NCBI GenBank assembly: GCA_051313645.2
Contig: JBNRSN020000001.1
Coordinates: 128,774,001-128,838,000 of the forward strand
DNA: 64,000 bases
From: Centroscyllium fabricii
Lineage: Eukaryota
Direction: 5' to 3'
Positions 59,672-64,000 of the stretch are shown piece after piece. The position numbers were made by a program, and so were the translations under genes. The notes below the pieces were generated by a model. That model had not been told where the DNA came from and searched no databases. It saw only the letters and a program-made list of their open reading frames with translations. Positions within the stretch are counted from its first letter, which is position 1, and each line of letters begins with the position of its first letter.

Positions 59672-60511
59672 GGGCCCTGTTTTCCTGTGCTCCAGAGGAG
59701 CTGCACCCCCACGAAGGGGGGTCAGAAATGCCTCGTGGGGGTGCAGCACGGGGGATGCCCACGAACAGGAATTTCCTGTGCTGATGGGCAAGGCCCTTCA
59801 GCTCCCAACGCAGGAAGACCTTGCACTGACGATTTCCTGTCAGAACGGGTGATTTTTAGAGAGTAATTCCGTGTGCAACTGGCTCACAAGCTGCCCACGA
59901 AAAAACCAGGAGTAAGAGGGAGAAGATTTAGTTTTTGAAGCAGGTAAGTTAATTTTTTAACTTTAATTTTAAGTTTTTACAGTTTTGGGGAGTAGTGTGG
60001 CCAGATTGGTAGCGTTAAATTTTTAAGTTAAAGTTTTTTTTAAAATGTAACAAATCCGATTTTAAGTTAATTTACCTGTTTCAAATCGCTAATTTTTAAA
60101 GTTACATTTCTGAAATTTTTAACTCTCTAGTTAATTTTAAAAATTTAAAAATCTAAGAGGAAAAAACCGCTGACTTACCTTCCGTTTCTTCCTCTGAGAA
60201 GCTGCTGTGCCCCCGCGCTGCTCCCCACGAGTCTGTTGTGCAGCTCCGCACTTCCCTGCTCTCACTAAGGTCCGACTCGGGATCTCGTCATTTAAATTAG
60301 GGATCTGGGGGGCGTTTCTTATTTAAATTTGGGATCTGTGGGGGCGTGGCTGGACACGCACCAACAAAAGCCAGACCCCTACGCAGCTCCTGAAGACGTT
60401 TTTTTAAACAGGAAATTGACGTTCTGTTTTCTGAAAAAAGTTGGTGCGTGCGATTAGGCATCCCCAGGGTCCTAGCGCACGCACTAACCGGCACACAGGA
60501 AAACAGGGCCA
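59672..60511. mobile_element. Harbinger-type MITE related to 56922-57872, opposite orientation
   Basis: TIRs GGGCCCTGTTTTCCTGTG / CACAGGAAAACAGGGCC, flanks ACT/ATT. Confidence 0.88.
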
Positions 60512-62124
60512 ATTAAAATCGGCCTTTCCCCAATTTAGAACCTTTATTTCCGGTCCATCTTTGTCCTTTTCTATGACTACCTTAAATCTCGCCGAATTAT
60601 GGTCACTGTCACTAAAGTGCTCTCTACTAATACTTCTACCACTTGCCCAGCCACATTCCCTAGAATTAGGTCCAGTACCGCCCCCTCCCTTGTTGGACTT
60701 TCTACATACTGGCTCAAAAAGCTCTCCTTGATGCACTTTAAGCATTCTGCACCCTATAATCCTTTCACACTCTGACTATCCCAGTTAATATTGGGGAAGT
60801 TGAAATCCCATACTATTATTACCCTATTATTTTCACACTTTGAGGTTTGCCTACATATCTTTTCCTCTATCTCCCCCTGACTGTTTGGGGGCCTATAGTA
60901 CATTCCCAGCAAAGTGCTTGCCCCCTTTTTGTTTTTAAGTTCTACCCATATGGCCTCATTAGAGGAACCTGTTAATATATCATCCCTCCTTACAGCAGTA
61001 ATTGACTCCTTAATTAATATTGTGAAACCCCCTCCTCTTTGACCCACCCCCGTCTCGCCTGAAGATTCTATACCCCGCAATATTGAGCTGCCAGTCCTGC
61101 CCCTCCCTCAACCATGTCTCCGTGATAGCAACAATATCATACTCCCATGTGTTCATCAACACCTTCAATTCATCCACCTTATTCGCAAGACTCCTTGCAT
61201 TAAAATAAAAGCCATCCAGCCTTGCCCTACTCCCTTGTGCCATTACATATTTGCTCTGCCTTCCAAGCTGACTTGTTTTTCCCTCTATATTTGGCTGTGC
61301 ATCACCCCCTACTATAGTTCCACTCTGTATCCCATCCCCCTGCCAAGTTAGTTTAACCCCCCCCCCCTCTCCCAACAGTACAAGCAAACCACCCCGCAAG
61401 GATATTGGGCCCGTTCTGGCTCAGGTGCAAACCGTTCAACTTGTACAAGTCCCACCTCCCCAGAAGCAGACCCAGTGATCCAGGAAACTAAAGCCCTCCC
61501 TCCTGCACCAACTCTTTAGCCATGCATTCATCTGCTCTATCCTTCTATTCCTATGCTCACTAGCACGTGGCACTGGGAGTAATCCAGATATTACAACCTT
61601 TGAGGTCCTGCTGTTTAATCTGCTACATAGCTCCCTAAATTCTTGTTGCAGCACCTCATCCCTCTTCCTACCCATGTCATTGATACCAATGTGAACCACA
61701 ACCTCTGACTGTTTGCCCATCCCCTTCAGAATGCCCTGCTGCCGTTCAGTGACATCCTTGACCCTGGCACCAGGGAGGCAAAATACCATCCTGGAGTCAC
61801 GTCTACGGCCACAGAAATGCCGAACAGTTCTCCTTACGATAGAATTCCCTATCACTATTGCTCTCCCACTCTTTTTCCTCCTCTCCTGAGCAGCAGAATC
61901 ACCCCTGGTGCCAGGAAGTTGGCTGATGTTGCCTTCCCCTGGTAAGTCATCCCCCTCAACAGTATCCAAATTGGTATACTGTTTGAGAGGGGGATGGCCA
62001 CAGGGGTGCCCTGCACTACCTGCCTGCCTCTACCACTCCGCCTTATGGTCACCCATTTCCCTTCTGCCTGTGCAGCCCTTACCTGCGGTGTGGCCAGTTC
62101 ACTAAACGTGCTATCCATGACCCA

Positions 62125-62872
62125 TGCAACAGTTGCCATCAGACTTTTTATGCACAAGAACGAACTGATGGCATTTTTACAATATACACAACATTTCACC
62201 CAAGTGACAACCTTTGTGACTACTTGTGCTTTATTTTCCTCTTACGCGTGCTCCTACATAGTGGTTCCCCTGTGGATTCAGCAGATGTGGAGGCCCCTTG
62301 CTCACTTTCCTGCTGCTCCTGTCTTGACATCTTTGGCGGGCGTCCTCTGAGGTGGCGAGCCTGTGAGGGCTTGTCAGCTGTCTGCTACTCCTGCGGCTGT
62401 GCAGTAGTTGAGATGTCTATCTCACTTGGGTGTGGACTCCGGCGGGGCTCTGACCGAGGGCTCTGCAGTGGCATGGAAGTGTGAGCGCTTGGAGAGGAAC
62501 CCCCACTTCCTTGAGGTCTGCTCCCTCTCATTGGTAAAGATCTCATCGGCTCAATCCAGATGCATGACTCTTCCTGGCTGCAAAGTTATTTCACTAAAGA
62601 TGTCTTCTGGGTCACTCTCAGGGTCTTGGACTTCCTTTAACTAGGGTTGGGCCAGTCGCCTCCTGGTCCTTGCATGTGCTGCATGATTTGGCCTATCTGG
62701 ATACCAAGGTTGTGTAGCATGTAGCAGAGAATGAAGACTCTGGCAGGATTGTACTATAACAACTCTCTGTCCAGGCATTTGCAACAAAGGAATCTTGACT
62801 GCTGGCAACTCTCTGGTTCATGAAGGCCACGGCATTCTATGTCGGAGCCTGGATGGTGACATGGTACCATCA
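62125..62872 (-). mobile_element. Degenerate Harbinger relic (transposase C-terminus)
   Basis: The minus strand at about 62700-62790 reads CKCLDRELL*YNPARVFILCYMLHNLGI, resembling the FRCLD...YSP...CCMLHN motif. Confidence 0.55.
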
Positions 62873-62875
62873 ATA

Positions 62876-63515
62876 ACATAATAACATAAGAACATATATA
62901 AGAAATAGGAACAGGAGTAGGCCATTCGGCCCTTCAAGCCTGCACCACCATTCAATGAGATCATGGCTAATCTTCTGCCTTAACTCTATTCACCGGCCCT
63001 ATCGCCACATCCCTTGATGCACTTACTGGTCAGAAATCTATCGACTTCTGTTTTGAATATACCCAATGACTGAGCCTCCACACCCCTCTGGGGTAGAGAA
63101 TTCCAAAGATTCACCACCCTTTCTGTGGTCTTTGGAGAATCGTACAATGTGGAAAAATTATACTAGTGCTTAAAGGGTCAAATTATGAGAATAGGTTGCT
63201 TAAACTTGACTTGTTTTCCTTTGGGTTTATAAGGTTGAGGGATTATCTAATTGTGATATTTAAAATGAGAAAACGATTTGATAAAGTAAATACAGAGAAG
63301 CTATTTTCTCTAGTGGGGGAATCCAGATCAAGAAGGCATAATCCTAAAAATAGACCTAGGCCATTTAAGGGTGAAATCAGGAAGCACTTTTTCACCCAAA
63401 GGGAAGTGGAATTCTGGAATTCTCACCCCCAAAAGGCTGTGGATGCTGATTCAATTGAAATTTAGCAAGACTGAGATTGACAGATTTCTGTTAAGTAAGG
63501 GTATCAAGAAGATAT
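62876..63515. mobile_element. Two CR1 3' fragments (minus 62876-63122, plus about 63125-63515)
   Basis: Tail ataacataagaacat...ggccattcggcc, and ORF 63166-63465 (YENRL...RLRDYLI...RKHFFTQR). Confidence 0.8.
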
Positions 63516-63519
63516 GTGT

Positions 63520-64000
63520 AGTCCTTGACCGACTTGAAGAGGCGGGGCTGAAAATATCGCTGGACAAGTGTCAGTTTTGCCAACCCAAGGTAAAATATCT
63601 TGGACATATTGTGTCAGCGTATGGTGTTTCCCCGGATCCAGGGAAGATTGAGGCAGTCACCACTTGGCCTCAGCCTTCTGACCTGAGGACTCTGAGGTCC
63701 TTTTTAGGTTTCTGCGGATACTACCGAAGATTTATAGCCGATTATGCTGCCATCGTCAAACCACTCACTGAGTTAACCAAAGGATATGCTCCTACGCAGA
63801 AGAGTAGGAAGCATGACAAAGATCCGAGTAAGACCTACTGGAAAGAGTCAGAACCTTTTGGAGAGAGATGGGACCAGTCCTGCACTGATGCGTTTCACCA
63901 GATCATCTCTTGTCTGACTCATGCGCCAGTGTTGGCATTTGCTGACCCTAAAAAGCCATATACCTTACATGTGGACGCAAGTTTAAGAGGGATCGGGGCG
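63520..64000 (+). mobile_element. pol: Gypsy pol fragment (RT thumb to RNase H, Barthez-like), open to the window end
   Basis: Open frame VLDRLEEAGLKISLDKCQF...YLGHIVS...DPGKIEAV...LRSFLGFCGYYRRFI...HAPVLAFADPKKPYTLHVDASLRGIG. Confidence 0.9.

Larger units (their letters stand above)
56205..62120 (-). mobile_element. Near full-length CR1 LINE (ORF1 esterase + ORF2), with two MITEs and a SINE inserted
   Basis: ORF1 (IGNSIVR, CLPGARVKDV, VHIGIND) at 61436-62100, ORF2 start YFNARSL at about 61200, RT at 57900-58800, 3' tail at about 56205. Confidence 0.93.

Overview
This is a repeat-saturated vertebrate genomic window, most likely from a cartilaginous fish. It carries HE1-type V-SINEs with CR1 tails, a SacSINE1-like Deu-SINE and abundant CR1 LINEs. 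Almost all ORFs in the track are transposon-derived or spurious antisense frames. The only likely host coding sequence is a putative terminal exon at 4738-4862 with a 3' UTR to about 7150. Five largely complete Gypsy LTR retrotransposons (A-E) are present. B (CsRN1-like, single 1175-aa Gag-Pol ORF) is nested in A, C is nested in a Tigger/pogo MITE, and D is nested in E, which sits in a CR1. There are also a solo LTR, PIF/Harbinger MITEs and relics (spliced Myb/SANT gene, transposase fragments) and Rex1/Babar and Penelope fragments. The most striking signal is in the related elements C and D, which have no tRNA primer-binding site. One base after the 5' LTR, each has a 12-14 nt sequence perfectly complementary to its own LTR poly(A)-signal region. 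This suggests tRNA-independent self-priming and/or masking of the 5' poly(A) signal, whereas B and E have normal tRNA PBSs.
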